64,000 nt of DNA. Source: Myxococcota bacterium. GTDB taxonomy: Bacteria; Myxococcota_A; Polyangia; Nannocystales; Nannocystaceae. Location: the NCBI GenBank assembly GCA_039194325.1, contig JBCCWC010000002.1:96001-160000 (forward strand), in the 5' to 3' direction. Shown piece after piece: positions 1 through 10,515 of the stretch. Position numbers and translations under genes: made by a program. The notes beneath the pieces were generated by a model. The model saw only the letters and a list, made by a program, of their open reading frames with translations. It did not search any database and was not told where the DNA came from. Each line of letters starts with the position of its first letter. Positions within the stretch are counted from its first letter, which is position 1.

Positions 1-2751
1 GTCCACGCCGAAGTGGGCGTGCGCCACGGTCGACGCCTGCTGCGCGAGGCCCAGGCGCTCGCTCGCCTGTCGCATCCCAACGTGGTCCAGGTCTACGAGG
101 TGGGGGAGGTCGGTGGGCGGCTGTTCATCGCCATGGAGCTCATTCGGGGCCAGACTCTGCGGCAGTGGCAGCGACAGGAGCCGCGCCCCGGGTGGAAGGC
201 CTGCCTCGACACCTACGTCAAGGCCGGTCGCGGGCTGGAGGCCGCGCACGCCAAGGGGCTGATCCATCGCGACTTCAAGCCCAGCAATTGTATGTTCGAT
301 GACGAGGGGCGGGTGCGGGTCCTGGACTTCGGGCTGGCACGAGACTCCAACCCGTCCGAAGATCTCGCGGAGCTTCCCGGTTTTGGGGGCCCGGTGGACG
401 GTGCCGCTTCGTCTGCGTCGTCCTCGGGCTCGTCGAGCAGCGCCTTGATGGAGAGGCTGACCGAGACCGGGTCGGTCGTGGGTACTCGGGCGTATATGGC
501 CCCCGAGCAGCTCGGCGGGCGGGTGGTCGTGGACGCCAAGAGCGACCAGTTTGCCTTCTGCGTGGCGCTCTACGAGGCCCTTTGTGGTCATCTGCCCTTC
601 TCCGAGGACCCCATGCCTGCCTTGCTCGACATGGCCTCCGGGGTTGGTCCCATGCCCCAGCCCTTGCCCATGGGGAGCCATGCGCCTCGCTGGCTCCAGC
701 GTGCGGTCGTTCGAGGGTTGGCCGCCGATCCTCGAGAGCGCTGGCCCTCCATGGCCGCCTTGCTATGGGAGCTCGAGCGTCGCCAGCGGAGCGCGGGGGT
801 GCGGCGGCTCTCGCTGCTCACCGGTGCGCTGCTCGGGGTGGTGCTGACGGGGCTCGTCATGAGCTCGCGCGAGCCGCCCGGGCCGTCGGTCTGCGCGGAG
901 GCTCAGCAGCAGCTCGAGGGGGTCTGGGACGACGAGCGGCGGCAGGTCGTTCGTGAGGCGATCCTGAACACCGAGCTTCCCTATGCCGCCAAGACGCAGT
1001 CGAGCGTAGAGCGGCAGCTCGATCACTACGCGCAGGAGTGGTCGCATGGGTACACCGAGGCTTGCGAGGCCACCCGTGTTCACCACGAGCAGCCGGTCGA
1101 GGCGCTCGAGCTGCGCCAGCGCTGCCTGCGTCTGCGGCGATCTGCGCTCGCGCACGACGTGGAGTTGCTCGCCGATGCCGATCATGATCTGGTGGAGCGG
1201 GCGGTCGAGCTGGTCACCGAGCTGCCGCGCATCGATGCGTGCGCGGATCTGTCGGCCCTGAGTCGGAGCTCCGGGGTCGCGCGGATCCCCGGCGGCGCCC
1301 AGCGGCTCGAGGCCCTCCGCACCCACCTGGGTCGTATGCGCTCGCTGGAGACGATCGGTCGTCACCGCGAGGCGATCGTCGAGCTCGCGCCGCTTACCCG
1401 GGATGCTCACCGCCTGGGCGACCAATCGCTGCTCGCCGAGGTCTTACTGCTTGGGGGGCAGCTACACATGGCCCTGGGGCGGGACGAGCAGGCCGAGCAG
1501 TACTTTCGGGCGGCACAGATCCGAGGGTTGGAGCACGGAGCCGACGCCGTCGCCCTCGAGGCGATGGCGGGGCAGATCCACCTGATGGGCGTAGAGCGGG
1601 AGCAGACCGGTCGCGCCTTGGAGCTGGCCCAGGACGTGGCCTTGCCCCTGGTGCGCCGCCACGGCCGCGACGATGCCCTCGAGGCCAAGGTGCTCACCGC
1701 TCTGGCCCAGGTTCGAACCGTGCGTGGCGAGCACCGAGAGGCGGAGGCCCGCTATCGCCAGGCCCTGGCCATCTTGGGGCGGGTGCGGGTTCGGGGGGAC
1801 ACCGCGCTGGTCGAGGCCCATGATGGCCTCGCGCAGACGCTGCGCGAGCAGGAGCGCTTCGACGACGCCGAGCAGCTCTACCGCCGTGCCCTCCATGCTC
1901 GGGAATCTCGCCTCGGCGACACGCACCCCGAGGCCGCCTACCAGCGCACCAACCTTGGCAACGTCTTGCTGGCGCGGGGCAAGCTCGACGAGGCCGAGCA
2001 GCACTTTCGCGAGGCGTTGGAGATCCTCGCTAGCGCCTCCACCGTCCACGCCAAGCGGATCGCGCACGCTCGTGCGTCCCTGGGGACCGCGCTCCACATG
2101 CACCAGCGGTACTCGGAGGCTGAGCAGGAGCTGCGACAGGCGCTGTCGCTCTTCGAGCGAGAGCTCGATCCCGACCAGCTACGGGTCGCCAAGGTCCGCC
2201 TCGACATCGCCGTGGTGCTGACCGAGCAGGGGCGCGCTCTGGAGGCGATCGACGAGTACCAGGGGATCCTCGGGGTGCTGCGGCACAGCGAGCCCACGCC
2301 CTCACGCAATCGCCTCATGGTCAAATGCCTGCGCGACCTCGGCTTGCTCCTCGTGCACCAGGGGCGAACTCGCGAGGCCGACGCGCGCTATCGGCAGGCG
2401 CTGGAGATCCTCGAGCCCGGGCAGGAGGCGCGCGGTGCCTTGCACGCCAACGTGCTCAACCGCCACGGCGACCTGCTCCTCATCAAAGGGAGCGACACGG
2501 ACGCCGAACATTCGTTCCTGCAGGCACTCGAGATCTACGAGCAGCTCTACGGGCCCGTGCACCAGAAGATCGGGCATACCCTCAAGCGGATCGCCGGCGT
2601 CCACCAGCGTCGGAAGCAGTGGCCCTTGGCCATGGCCCGACTGGAGCGGACGCGAGCGATCTACGAGACCACGCGGGCGAAGCCCGAGGCCATCGCCGAG
2701 GTCGAGCAGGCACTGGCCGAGGTTCGGGCGCACATCGAGCCCACCCGGTAA
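1..2751 (+). CDS. Ser/Thr protein kinase with TM segment and C-terminal TPR repeats (5' end outside window)
   Basis: EAQALARLSHPNVV, HRDFKPSN, DFGLAR, GTRAYMAPE, DQFAFC kinase motifs; hydrophobic segment; TPR-like repeats. The ATP-binding Lys region lies upstream of base 1. Confidence 0.93.
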   Translation, partial: VHAEVGVRHGRRLLREAQALARLSHPNVVQVYEVGEVGGRLFIAMELIRGQTLRQWQRQEPRPGWKACLDTYVKAGRGLEAAHAKGLIHRDFKPSNCMFDDEGRVRVLDFGLARDSNPSEDLAELPGFGGPVDGAASSASSSGSSSSALMERLTETGSVVGTRAYMAPEQLGGRVVVDAKSDQFAFCVALYEALCGHLPFSEDPMPALLDMASGVGPMPQPLPMGSHAPRWLQRAVVRGLAADPRERWPSMAALLWELERRQRSAGVRRLSLLTGALLGVVLTGLVMSSREPPGPSVCAEAQQQLEGVWDDERRQVVREAILNTELPYAAKTQSSVERQLDHYAQEWSHGYTEACEATRVHHEQPVEALELRQRCLRLRRSALAHDVELLADADHDLVERAVELVTELPRIDACADLSALSRSSGVARIPGGAQRLEALRTHLGRMRSLETIGRHREAIVELAPLTRDAHRLGDQSLLAEVLLLGGQLHMALGRDEQAEQYFRAAQIRGLEHGADAVALEAMAGQIHLMGVEREQTGRALELAQDVALPLVRRHGRDDALEAKVLTALAQVRTVRGEHREAEARYRQALAILGRVRVRGDTALVEAHDGLAQTLREQERFDDAEQLYRRALHARESRLGDTHPEAAYQRTNLGNVLLARGKLDEAEQHFREALEILASASTVHAKRIAHARASLGTALHMHQRYSEAEQELRQALSLFERELDPDQLRVAKVRLDIAVVLTEQGRALEAIDEYQGILGVLRHSEPTPSRNRLMVKCLRDLGLLLVHQGRTREADARYRQALEILEPGQEARGALHANVLNRHGDLLLIKGSDTDAEHSFLQALEIYEQLYGPVHQKIGHTLKRIAGVHQRRKQWPLAMARLERTRAIYETTRAKPEAIAEVEQALAEVRAHIEPTR

Positions 2752-3104
2752 CCCGGCGGGCCGCCCGGCCCGGCGCCGGTCCTTCGCTCCGGCCGACCGG
2801 GCCCACGGTGGAACGGTGTCATCCGTGATCAGGGGTTGGCTCACGCACTTTTTGTGCATGTTCTTGATGGATTGGCTCAACAGTTGATGGGGGATTGGGA
2901 ACTCATGGGTCGAACGCAGCCTTGACCGCTCGATCAGTCGTCCATTGATGGATGGCTCGAGCCGAGGTGCGCACTTCGTTTCGCGGCGCCGTCCCTTCGA
3001 GGTTCGGGTGTACCCGGTCGGATCGGCCGGGTGGCCATCGTGTGTCTTGGTCCTTGGCCGGCCGAGCAGGAGCGCAGCCGCATGACCCGGAGCAGCAAGA
3101 CGAT

Positions 3105-4523
3105 ATGAACACTCACTCCCCTGTAGGACTTACTGTACGGACTGTGTTGCCCGGGCTGTGCCGGGTGCACGCGGTGGCCGTCGCCGTGCTCGTCGCGCCG
3201 GCGTGCGACCTCGAGTCGAGCCTCGGAGATGACCTCGAGCTTCGGGCCGGCCTGCAATTGGCCCCGAACCCGTCGGCCGTGGTGTCGGTCGGCATGGGCG
3301 CCAGCACGACCTGCGTGGTCACCCTTTTTGGGGAGGTCAAGTGCTGGGGGCGCAACGACTACGGACAGCTCGGTCGCGGCGATCTGGTCGATGTTGGAGA
3401 TGACGAGACGCCCGCTGAGGTCGCTTTTGTTTCGTTGGGTGGCGAGGCCGTGCAGGTGCTCACCAACGGCGCGCAATCCTTCGCGCTGCTGGAGGACGGA
3501 ACCGTGCGGGCTTGGGGCATCAACAGCGGCGGTGAGCTCGGCTTACAGCATGTCGAGTCGATCGGAGACGACGAGGTGCCTGGTGCGGCCGATGTGGTCA
3601 CCGACGTCGAGCTCGGCGGTCCGGCGACCAGGCTCGCGGTGGGGGGCGACTTTGCCTGCGCCCTCATGAGCAACGGTACCGCGAGCGATGGCACGACGAG
3701 CAGCGGCATGGTGCGTTGCTGGGGGGCCAACGACTTTGGTCAGCTCGGGCGTCGGAGCACCGAGACGGTCGGGGACGACGAGGCTCCCGCCGTAGGGGCC
3801 TCGATCTTCTTGGGCGCACCCGTGGTCGACGTGGTGGCCGGTCGTCGGCACGCCTGTGCGTTGGTCGAAGGAGGGAGCGTCCGCTGCTGGGGCCGTGGCG
3901 CGCAGGGGCAGCTGGGCTATGGCGGCACCCACGACGTGGGGGACGACGAATTCCCGGTGGTCGCCGGTACCGTTGCGCTCGGAGGTGCTGCCGAGCAGAT
4001 CGTGGCCGGTGGGTGGCATACCTGCGCCCGACTCGTCGGCGGTGACGTACGCTGCTGGGGCCGTGGCGCCAACGGGCAGCTGGGCTACGGCAGCACCAAG
4101 AGCGTGGGGGACGACGAGCGGCCCGTGGCTTGGGCGCCGGTCTCGCTCGGGGGTCCCGCCGTGAGCCTCGCGGCAGGAGCCGAGCATACCTGCGCCGTGC
4201 TCCACGGTGGAGCAGTGCGGTGTTGGGGTGGGGGCGAGCGGGGGCAGCTGGGCTATGGCAATACCCACGCGGTCGGAGACGACGAGACCCCCGCGGCGGT
4301 CGCCGCGGTCCACCTCGCGGGAGCCCACGCCATCGCGGTGTTTGCTGGGCCATTGGCCCGGTCGACCTGCGCGCTGCTCGACGACGAGAGTCTGCGGTGC
4401 TGGGGGGCCAATGATTTTGGTCAGCTGGGCTATGGTCACGTCTTCGAGTTGGGCGACGACATCGCCGAGCGACCCGGGGATCTCCCTGACATCTTGATCC
4501 TGAGTCGAGACGACGATGCCTGA
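3105..4523 (+). CDS. RCC1-repeat beta-propeller protein, probable lipoprotein
   Basis: Repeated HTCA-x-VRCWG-x-GQLGYG units; VAVLVAPAC lipobox-like segment; start placed at ATG 3105 (uncertain). Confidence 0.88.
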   Translation: MNTHSPVGLTVRTVLPGLCRVHAVAVAVLVAPACDLESSLGDDLELRAGLQLAPNPSAVVSVGMGASTTCVVTLFGEVKCWGRNDYGQLGRGDLVDVGDDETPAEVAFVSLGGEAVQVLTNGAQSFALLEDGTVRAWGINSGGELGLQHVESIGDDEVPGAADVVTDVELGGPATRLAVGGDFACALMSNGTASDGTTSSGMVRCWGANDFGQLGRRSTETVGDDEAPAVGASIFLGAPVVDVVAGRRHACALVEGGSVRCWGRGAQGQLGYGGTHDVGDDEFPVVAGTVALGGAAEQIVAGGWHTCARLVGGDVRCWGRGANGQLGYGSTKSVGDDERPVAWAPVSLGGPAVSLAAGAEHTCAVLHGGAVRCWGGGERGQLGYGNTHAVGDDETPAAVAAVHLAGAHAIAVFAGPLARSTCALLDDESLRCWGANDFGQLGYGHVFELGDDIAERPGDLPDILILSRDDDA

Positions 4524-4568
4524 GTCTGCTTCGCCGAGGCTTGGGCTCCGGGTGTACCCTCGGAGCCC

Positions 4569-5189
4569 ATGACCAGTGATGCGGAGCTGCTATATGCCTG
4601 GCGTGACGGCAACGCCAGGGCAGGTGAAGAGCTCTTTGCGCGCTACTATCCGCTGATCGACCGCTTCTTTAGCAACAAGGTCTCCGAGGACCCCGGCGAT
4701 CTCATCCAAAAGACCCTCGAAGCCTGCGTCCAGGGCCGTGATCGCATCGACGAGGGGCGGTCCTTTCGGTCGTACCTGTTTGCCATCGCCTACAACGTGC
4801 TGCGGCGATATCTCCGCGAGCGCTACCAGTGTCGCGAGCAAGAGCTGTCCTCGCGGTCGATCCACGACATCGCCCCCGGTCCGAGCACCCTGATGGCCGA
4901 GTCGGAGCAGACGCGCCTGTTGGCTCTGGCCCTGCGGCGGCTTCCGCTGAAGCTGCAGGTGGTCCTCGAGCTACGCTACTGGGAGGACATGTCGAGCCCC
5001 GAGATCGAGAGCATGCTGGGGACCAACGCGTCCACGGTGCGTACGCTGCTTCGACGGGGGCGTAAGCAGCTGTCCGAGGTCTTGGGCGAAGTGAACGCTC
5101 GCCCCGAGATCTTGGAGGATACCGTCAGTAATCTCGACGCTTGGGTCGAGAAGCTACGCGCCGAGCTCCGCAAAAAGGAGTCCGGCTGA
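4569..5189 (+). CDS. ECF sigma-70 factor
   Basis: SDAELLYAWRDG, region 2 (FRSYLFAIAYN) and region 4 HTH (LRRLPLKLQVVLELRYWEDMS...STVRTLLRRGR). Confidence 0.9.
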   Translation: MTSDAELLYAWRDGNARAGEELFARYYPLIDRFFSNKVSEDPGDLIQKTLEACVQGRDRIDEGRSFRSYLFAIAYNVLRRYLRERYQCREQELSSRSIHDIAPGPSTLMAESEQTRLLALALRRLPLKLQVVLELRYWEDMSSPEIESMLGTNASTVRTLLRRGRKQLSEVLGEVNARPEILEDTVSNLDAWVEKLRAELRKKESG

Positions 5190-5285
5190 GGTCGGTGTTG
5201 TCCATGCCGAGGCCGGCTCGGGATCCGCGACTGCGCCGTTGTCGCCGGGGCCTGATGGTGCTTGATGCCCGTATGCTTGCGGCGG

Positions 5286-7514
5286 ATGTCCGGTTCTCGC
5301 TCTCCGCCCGGTCCTGGTCCTCGTCTTGGTAGGGCGGCGCGGTGCGCCCTCGGGTTGGCCATGGTGGTCTCCGCAGGGTGCGGCGAGTCGTCGTTGGAAC
5401 CCGAGCCCGGCGTCTGTCCGGTCGTAATCTGGGGGATTCCTCGCCGTGCCGACGAGCGCCTTACGGTGCTCGGCAGCTGGGACGACTGGACGCGGCCCGA
5501 GCCCATGCGTGCCTGGTCCGAGGAGGGGGGAGCTGAGGGAGGGTCCGAGGGAGGGTCCGGAGACGACTGGCAGGTGGCGCAGCTGATGCTGCCCCCCGGG
5601 GTTCATGGCTACCTGGTGGTCGAGGAGGGCCAGGGACGGATCGATCCTCACAACCCGCTGACGAGCTTTCGGGCCAGCGACGGGCTGGAGATCTCCCACT
5701 TGCCCGTGCCCGATTGCCAACAGCCGCAGCTTTCGGTCGTTGCGGTGGAGCATGATGCGCCCGATGGCTTCTCGATCGAGCTGGGCTTTGACGCCGCGCT
5801 CGACGGCGCCGCGCTCGACCCTGCCTCCGTCCGGGCCCAGCTCGACGACGGCACCGCTCTGTCGATCGACGCGCTCGACGTCGAGCGTGGCACGGCCCGG
5901 CTGCGGGTGCGCGGCCAGGCTTCCGGCAAGCACCGCGTGCAGGCGTGGGCCCACGACACGGCCGGTCGACCAACCTCGCCCGCATCCGGTGTGGGGTGGG
6001 TCGGTGCCGTCGCGCCGCAGTGGGACGACGGGATCGTCTACCAGATCATGATCGACCGCTATCGCGGGGACGGAGGTGCTGCGCTCGAGCCTCCCGTCCA
6101 CGCGGGTGCTCGGGCGGGCGGTACCCTCGATGGTGTGCTCGCCGAGCTACGGGCTGGCACCTTCGATGCGCTGGCCGTCTCGGCCCTGTGGCTGTCTCCG
6201 GTCTACCTCAACCCCGACGAGGCCCGCCCCGGCCGCGACGACGATCGTCTCTATGAGGGCTACCACGGCTACTGGCCCCTCGATACGCGGGCGGTCGACC
6301 CTCGCCTGGGCGGGGAGCCGGCCCTGCGGGCCCTGCTCGACGAGGCCCACGCCCGCGGGATCCGGGTGCTGCTCGACCTGGTCCCCAATCACCTCTACGA
6401 GGACAACCCCCGGGTGGCGCAGTACCGGGCCGAGGGGTGGTTCCACGAGCACGATCCTCCCTGCATCTGCGGCTCGCCCACCTGCTCGTGGGCGGAGTTC
6501 ATCCAGGTCTGCTGGTTTACCCCCTACCTGCCCGATCTGAGGTTCCAGAACCCCGACGTGCTGGATCTCGCGGTCGAGGATGCGATCTGGTGGTTCGAGT
6601 CCTTCGACATCGACGGCTTTCGGATCGATGCCGTGCCGATGATGCCGCGCGCCGTCACCCGCCGGCTCGCCCACGCCCTGCGGCAGCGTACCGGGCCCCG
6701 GTCGGCCGCGTTCACCATGGGCGAGATCTTCACCGGCCCCGGGGCGGGGGGCACCGAGATCATCCGCTACTACCTGGGCCCCGACGGGATCGACAGCGCG
6801 TTCGACTTCCCGCTGATGTGGGCCCTGCGCGACGCCCTCGCCCATGAGTCGGCCGGCATGAGCGTGGTGGAGAGCAGCCTCGCCAATACCGAGCGAGCGT
6901 TGGAGGGCTCGGGGGCGCTCCTCGCCACCATGATCGGCAACCACGACGTGACCCGCTTCGCCTCCGAGGCCGACGGGGACGCGGGGACCGATCCCTGGGA
7001 CGATCCACCTCCGGCCTCGGTGTCCGAGCTGGCCCACGCTCGCACCGCGCTGGCGCTGGGCCTGGTGCTCACCCTGCCCGGGTTGCCGGTGATCTACTAC
7101 GGAGACGAGCTCGGGCTCGCTGGCGGGGCCGATCCCGACAACCGTCGCGTCATGCCGGGACCCGCCGCCGTGTCGACCGCCCAGCAGCAGGCTCGTCAGT
7201 GGGTGCAGCGGGTGGCGCAAGTGCGGCGGTGCGTCCCCGCGCTGCGCCGCGGGGGCCGCCAGGCCGTGGTGGTGGAGCGCGATCGCTACGCCTTTCTCCG
7301 CGACGCACAGGACGGCGCGCCCGCGGTGGTGGTGTTGCTGCGCGACGCAGCGCCGGCCGACGTCGATCTGCCGCCCGGCTCGACCCCGGTGCCGGGGTGG
7401 TATAAGGACGCCCTGACCGGACAACGCTTCGAGCTACGCCCCGACGGGGGGCGGATCCCGATGGAGCCTCGTTCCTTGCGGGTACTCGTGCCTGAAGACC
7501 TCCCTTGCGGTTGA
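5286..7514 (+). CDS. GH13 alpha-amylase family lipoprotein with N-terminal CBM48-like module
   Basis: YHGYWP, DLVPNH, GFRIDAV (Asp), GEIF (Glu), NHDV (Asp), IYYGDE; GSWDDW module; VSAGC lipobox; start uncertain (5262-5361). Confidence 0.9.
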   Translation: MSGSRSPPGPGPRLGRAARCALGLAMVVSAGCGESSLEPEPGVCPVVIWGIPRRADERLTVLGSWDDWTRPEPMRAWSEEGGAEGGSEGGSGDDWQVAQLMLPPGVHGYLVVEEGQGRIDPHNPLTSFRASDGLEISHLPVPDCQQPQLSVVAVEHDAPDGFSIELGFDAALDGAALDPASVRAQLDDGTALSIDALDVERGTARLRVRGQASGKHRVQAWAHDTAGRPTSPASGVGWVGAVAPQWDDGIVYQIMIDRYRGDGGAALEPPVHAGARAGGTLDGVLAELRAGTFDALAVSALWLSPVYLNPDEARPGRDDDRLYEGYHGYWPLDTRAVDPRLGGEPALRALLDEAHARGIRVLLDLVPNHLYEDNPRVAQYRAEGWFHEHDPPCICGSPTCSWAEFIQVCWFTPYLPDLRFQNPDVLDLAVEDAIWWFESFDIDGFRIDAVPMMPRAVTRRLAHALRQRTGPRSAAFTMGEIFTGPGAGGTEIIRYYLGPDGIDSAFDFPLMWALRDALAHESAGMSVVESSLANTERALEGSGALLATMIGNHDVTRFASEADGDAGTDPWDDPPPASVSELAHARTALALGLVLTLPGLPVIYYGDELGLAGGADPDNRRVMPGPAAVSTAQQQARQWVQRVAQVRRCVPALRRGGRQAVVVERDRYAFLRDAQDGAPAVVVLLRDAAPADVDLPPGSTPVPGWYKDALTGQRFELRPDGGRIPMEPRSLRVLVPEDLPCG

Positions 7515-7522
7515 GATCACCC

Positions 7523-9331
7523 ATGCCACGCGCATCATCCTTCGAGTTCGTGTCTCGCTTTTGGCCCCGGCTGGGTCTAGTGCCGGGTCTTGCGCTGGGC
7601 CTTGTGCTCCCTGCGTGCGGCACCGACGGCCTGGAGTCGGTCACGAGCCTCGACCCCCCCGAGGACTCTTATGATCCCTCCAACGGGATCCCGGAGGTGA
7701 GCGGCACCGGCACCGGCACCGGCACCGGTGGCTCCGGCAACGACACCAGCGGTGACGACGGCCCCCCACCGCTGCCGCCGTCCGAGGGGGCCTGGGACTG
7801 GCGCGACGCGATCATCTACTTCGTGTTCGTCGATCGCTTCGAAAACGGCGACCTCAGCAACGACGGGCAGATCGGCGGCCCCGTGCAGGAGATCGCCGAC
7901 TGGTACGGCGGCGACTGGCAGGGCGTGATCGACCGGATCGACGAGGGCTACTTCAACGAGCTGGGCATCAACACCCTGTGGATCACCGTGCCCATGGACA
8001 ACACCAGCGCCGCTGGCCTGGGCGTGGGCGATCCGTACATGTACTCCGCCTATCACGGCTACTGGCCCTCGGATCTCGAGGACACCGAGGAGCACTTTGG
8101 CACCCTCGAGCTGCTGCAGCAGCTGGTCACCGTGGCCCACGACCACGACCTCAAGGTGATCTTCGACTACGCGATGAACCACGTACACTCCGACTCCCCC
8201 GCCTACCAGGACAACCCGGGGTGGTTTTGGCCCAACGACAACGGCATGGGCGGCAATTGTGTGTGTGGTTCCGGGTGTTCGTGGGACGGCGCCGAAGGTC
8301 GGCGCTGCTGGTTCACCGACTACCTGCCCGACTTCGACTTCACCAATCCCGACGCGCGGGCCTTCTCGATCGACAACGCGGTGTGGTGGGCCCAGCAGAC
8401 CGGCGTCGACGGCTTTCGGCTCGACGCGGTCAAGCACATCGAGGACGTATGGCTGACCGATCTGCGCACCCGGGCACGTGACGAGCTCGACCGGTACGAC
8501 GACGACGGCGAGCTTACCCAGCGCTTTTACATGGTCGGCGAGACCTTCACCGGCAACCAGGGGGAGATCGCCCAGTACGTCAGCGAGGGCATGCTCGACG
8601 GGCAGTTCGACTTTCCCCTGCGCACCGAGATCGTCGACAAGGTGCTGATGCGCCAGGGCTCCATGAGCGATCTGGCCGGCTTCATGGACGACAACGACAC
8701 GTTCTACTGGTCGGGCGCGGTCATGAGCACCTTCATCGGCAACCACGACCTGCCGCGGGTGGTGCACTACGCCGAGGATGCCCCGCGCTCGGGCACCGAC
8801 CCCTGGTGGAACGACAAGGAGCTCGGCTGGAACAACCCGCCGCCGGTGCCGGGGGGAACCTCGGCCTTCGAGCGGCTGGTGGTGGGCTTTGGCATCGTGC
8901 TGACCACCCCGGGGGCGCCGCTCATCTACTACGGGGACGAGATCGGCATGGCCGGGGCCGGCGATCCCGACAACCGGCGCCCCATGGACTGGAACACCGG
9001 GGGCTACACCGCCGGGCAGCAGCTGGTGCTCGACTCGCTCAAGGCGCTCAACACGATCCGCGCTGGGCACCCGGCCATGCGCTACGGCAGCCGGACCACG
9101 CTCTTTTCCGACTTTGACACCATGAGCTACGCCATGGAGCTCGCGGTGGGGGATCCCGAGCTCGACGAGGTGGTCTACGTGGCGATCAACCGGGCCGACG
9201 GGGATGCCGACGTGGGCGGGCTTCCCGACGGCGGCTACCTCGACGAGCTGAGCGGCGAGCAGGTGACCGTGATGAGGGGATCGGTAGGCGTGCCGGCTCG
9301 CGGGCTGCGGGTGCTCGTCCCGCAGGGGTAG
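7523..9331 (+). CDS. GH13 alpha-amylase family lipoprotein
   Basis: YHGYWP, DYAMNH, GFRLDAVKH, GETF, NHDL, IYYGDE; LPAC lipobox; Gly/Thr linker. Confidence 0.92.
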   Translation: MPRASSFEFVSRFWPRLGLVPGLALGLVLPACGTDGLESVTSLDPPEDSYDPSNGIPEVSGTGTGTGTGGSGNDTSGDDGPPPLPPSEGAWDWRDAIIYFVFVDRFENGDLSNDGQIGGPVQEIADWYGGDWQGVIDRIDEGYFNELGINTLWITVPMDNTSAAGLGVGDPYMYSAYHGYWPSDLEDTEEHFGTLELLQQLVTVAHDHDLKVIFDYAMNHVHSDSPAYQDNPGWFWPNDNGMGGNCVCGSGCSWDGAEGRRCWFTDYLPDFDFTNPDARAFSIDNAVWWAQQTGVDGFRLDAVKHIEDVWLTDLRTRARDELDRYDDDGELTQRFYMVGETFTGNQGEIAQYVSEGMLDGQFDFPLRTEIVDKVLMRQGSMSDLAGFMDDNDTFYWSGAVMSTFIGNHDLPRVVHYAEDAPRSGTDPWWNDKELGWNNPPPVPGGTSAFERLVVGFGIVLTTPGAPLIYYGDEIGMAGAGDPDNRRPMDWNTGGYTAGQQLVLDSLKALNTIRAGHPAMRYGSRTTLFSDFDTMSYAMELAVGDPELDEVVYVAINRADGDADVGGLPDGGYLDELSGEQVTVMRGSVGVPARGLRVLVPQG

Positions 9332-9406
9332 CCGAGCGCCGCGAGCGGGGTCTTCGGCCTTCGGCCGACCGGTACTCTGCGCGGGATCGCCCGCCGAAAA
9401 AAAGAT

Positions 9407-9428
9407 CGAAGAAATCGACATTTCTTCG
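9407..9428. promoter_or_regulatory. Perfect 9-bp inverted repeat upstream of a hypothetical gene (operator or hairpin)
   Basis: CGAAGAAAT-CGAC-ATTTCTTCG, preceded by an A-tract. Confidence 0.4.
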
Positions 9429-9462
9429 TCAGGGTTCGATCGCGGAAACCTTACCCGTCAGT

Positions 9463-10332
9463 GTGGAACCCATACTGTTCGACCCAACCCCCTACCAAAA
9501 CGTCCCTCGGCTCACCACCGAAGGGACCTTGGCCCTAGCCCTCGCGCTTGTTCGCGCGGCGCCCGAGCCGGTTCCGGAGCCTATCGAGCGCCACGCCGAG
9601 CGGCTCCGGGATCGAGCTCATGAAACGGAGGATGCATTGACCATTCGCCACCGAGAGTCCGTTCCGGTGGATCTCTCGGACGAATTCGGGCTCGACGTCA
9701 TCACCGACGTGATGTGGGGCGCGTTTCGCGACTGGCTGCGAAGCTGGAGCGCCTTCGAGCGAGTCGAGTTCGCGCTCATCACGGACGGGGCGCGCCCAAA
9801 GACCGCGAAGATCCTCGCCGCGGGGCAAGACAAGGCCCGGCGGGCTCGCGAGCTGCACGATCAGCTGTTTGGCACCGATGGCCTGGCGTTCACGCAGCGG
9901 TCGTACCCCGAGCAGGCGCAAAGCATGGCCAGCCTCTTGCGGCTCATCGACGAGGATGAGCTCGGGCCATCCATCGAAGAGCTCGTCGGGCCCGAGATCT
10001 TGGTAGCGCTACGCCGCTGCCAGACCCTCTACGAGGCGATGGTCGATGCGCGAATGACCCGTGACGATGCGTCCTCCGTCGATCTCTCGGCGCTTCGCGT
10101 GTCTCTCATCCGTGCGATCGCCCGCTACACGAGCGCCGTGATCTCTTTGGTCGACGAGGACGATCCCGACTCGCTTGAGATGGTTCGCCATGCTTTGCGG
10201 CCTATCGAGGTTACGCGTGCGCGGCAGGCACGCGCTCGCACGAGAGCCTCGGTTCAGGAGGAAGAACTTGCCCTGGACGAGGGAGTGGAGATGCTACCGC
10301 AGCAGCCGGAGGCACCGGTCGCCGCGGAGTGA
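9463..10332 (+). CDS. Hypothetical all-helical protein
   Basis: 289-aa ORF with protein-like composition and acidic tail; followed by a terminator-like hairpin; no motif recognised. Confidence 0.75.
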   Translation: MEPILFDPTPYQNVPRLTTEGTLALALALVRAAPEPVPEPIERHAERLRDRAHETEDALTIRHRESVPVDLSDEFGLDVITDVMWGAFRDWLRSWSAFERVEFALITDGARPKTAKILAAGQDKARRARELHDQLFGTDGLAFTQRSYPEQAQSMASLLRLIDEDELGPSIEELVGPEILVALRRCQTLYEAMVDARMTRDDASSVDLSALRVSLIRAIARYTSAVISLVDEDDPDSLEMVRHALRPIEVTRARQARARTRASVQEEELALDEGVEMLPQQPEAPVAAE

Positions 10333-10359
10333 AGTCACCTCGTCATTTTCATCTCTGGT

Positions 10360-10404
10360 TCCCCGCCGTATCCCGACGTGAGGACGGAGCGGCGGGGAGT
10401 TTTT
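10360..10404 (+). terminator. Probable intrinsic terminator
   Basis: CCCCGCCG...CGGCGGGG stem followed by AGTTTTT, about 30 nt after the stop at 10332. Confidence 0.5.
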
Positions 10405-10515
10405 CGACCCCCTGCGGTCTACGAGATGTAGCTCGCCGGGGGTCGACCCGTATGGAGCGGGTCCACTCGAACTCGTTGCCGAGCGACGTGGGACCCGCAG
10501 GTGGCCGAGCACGTG

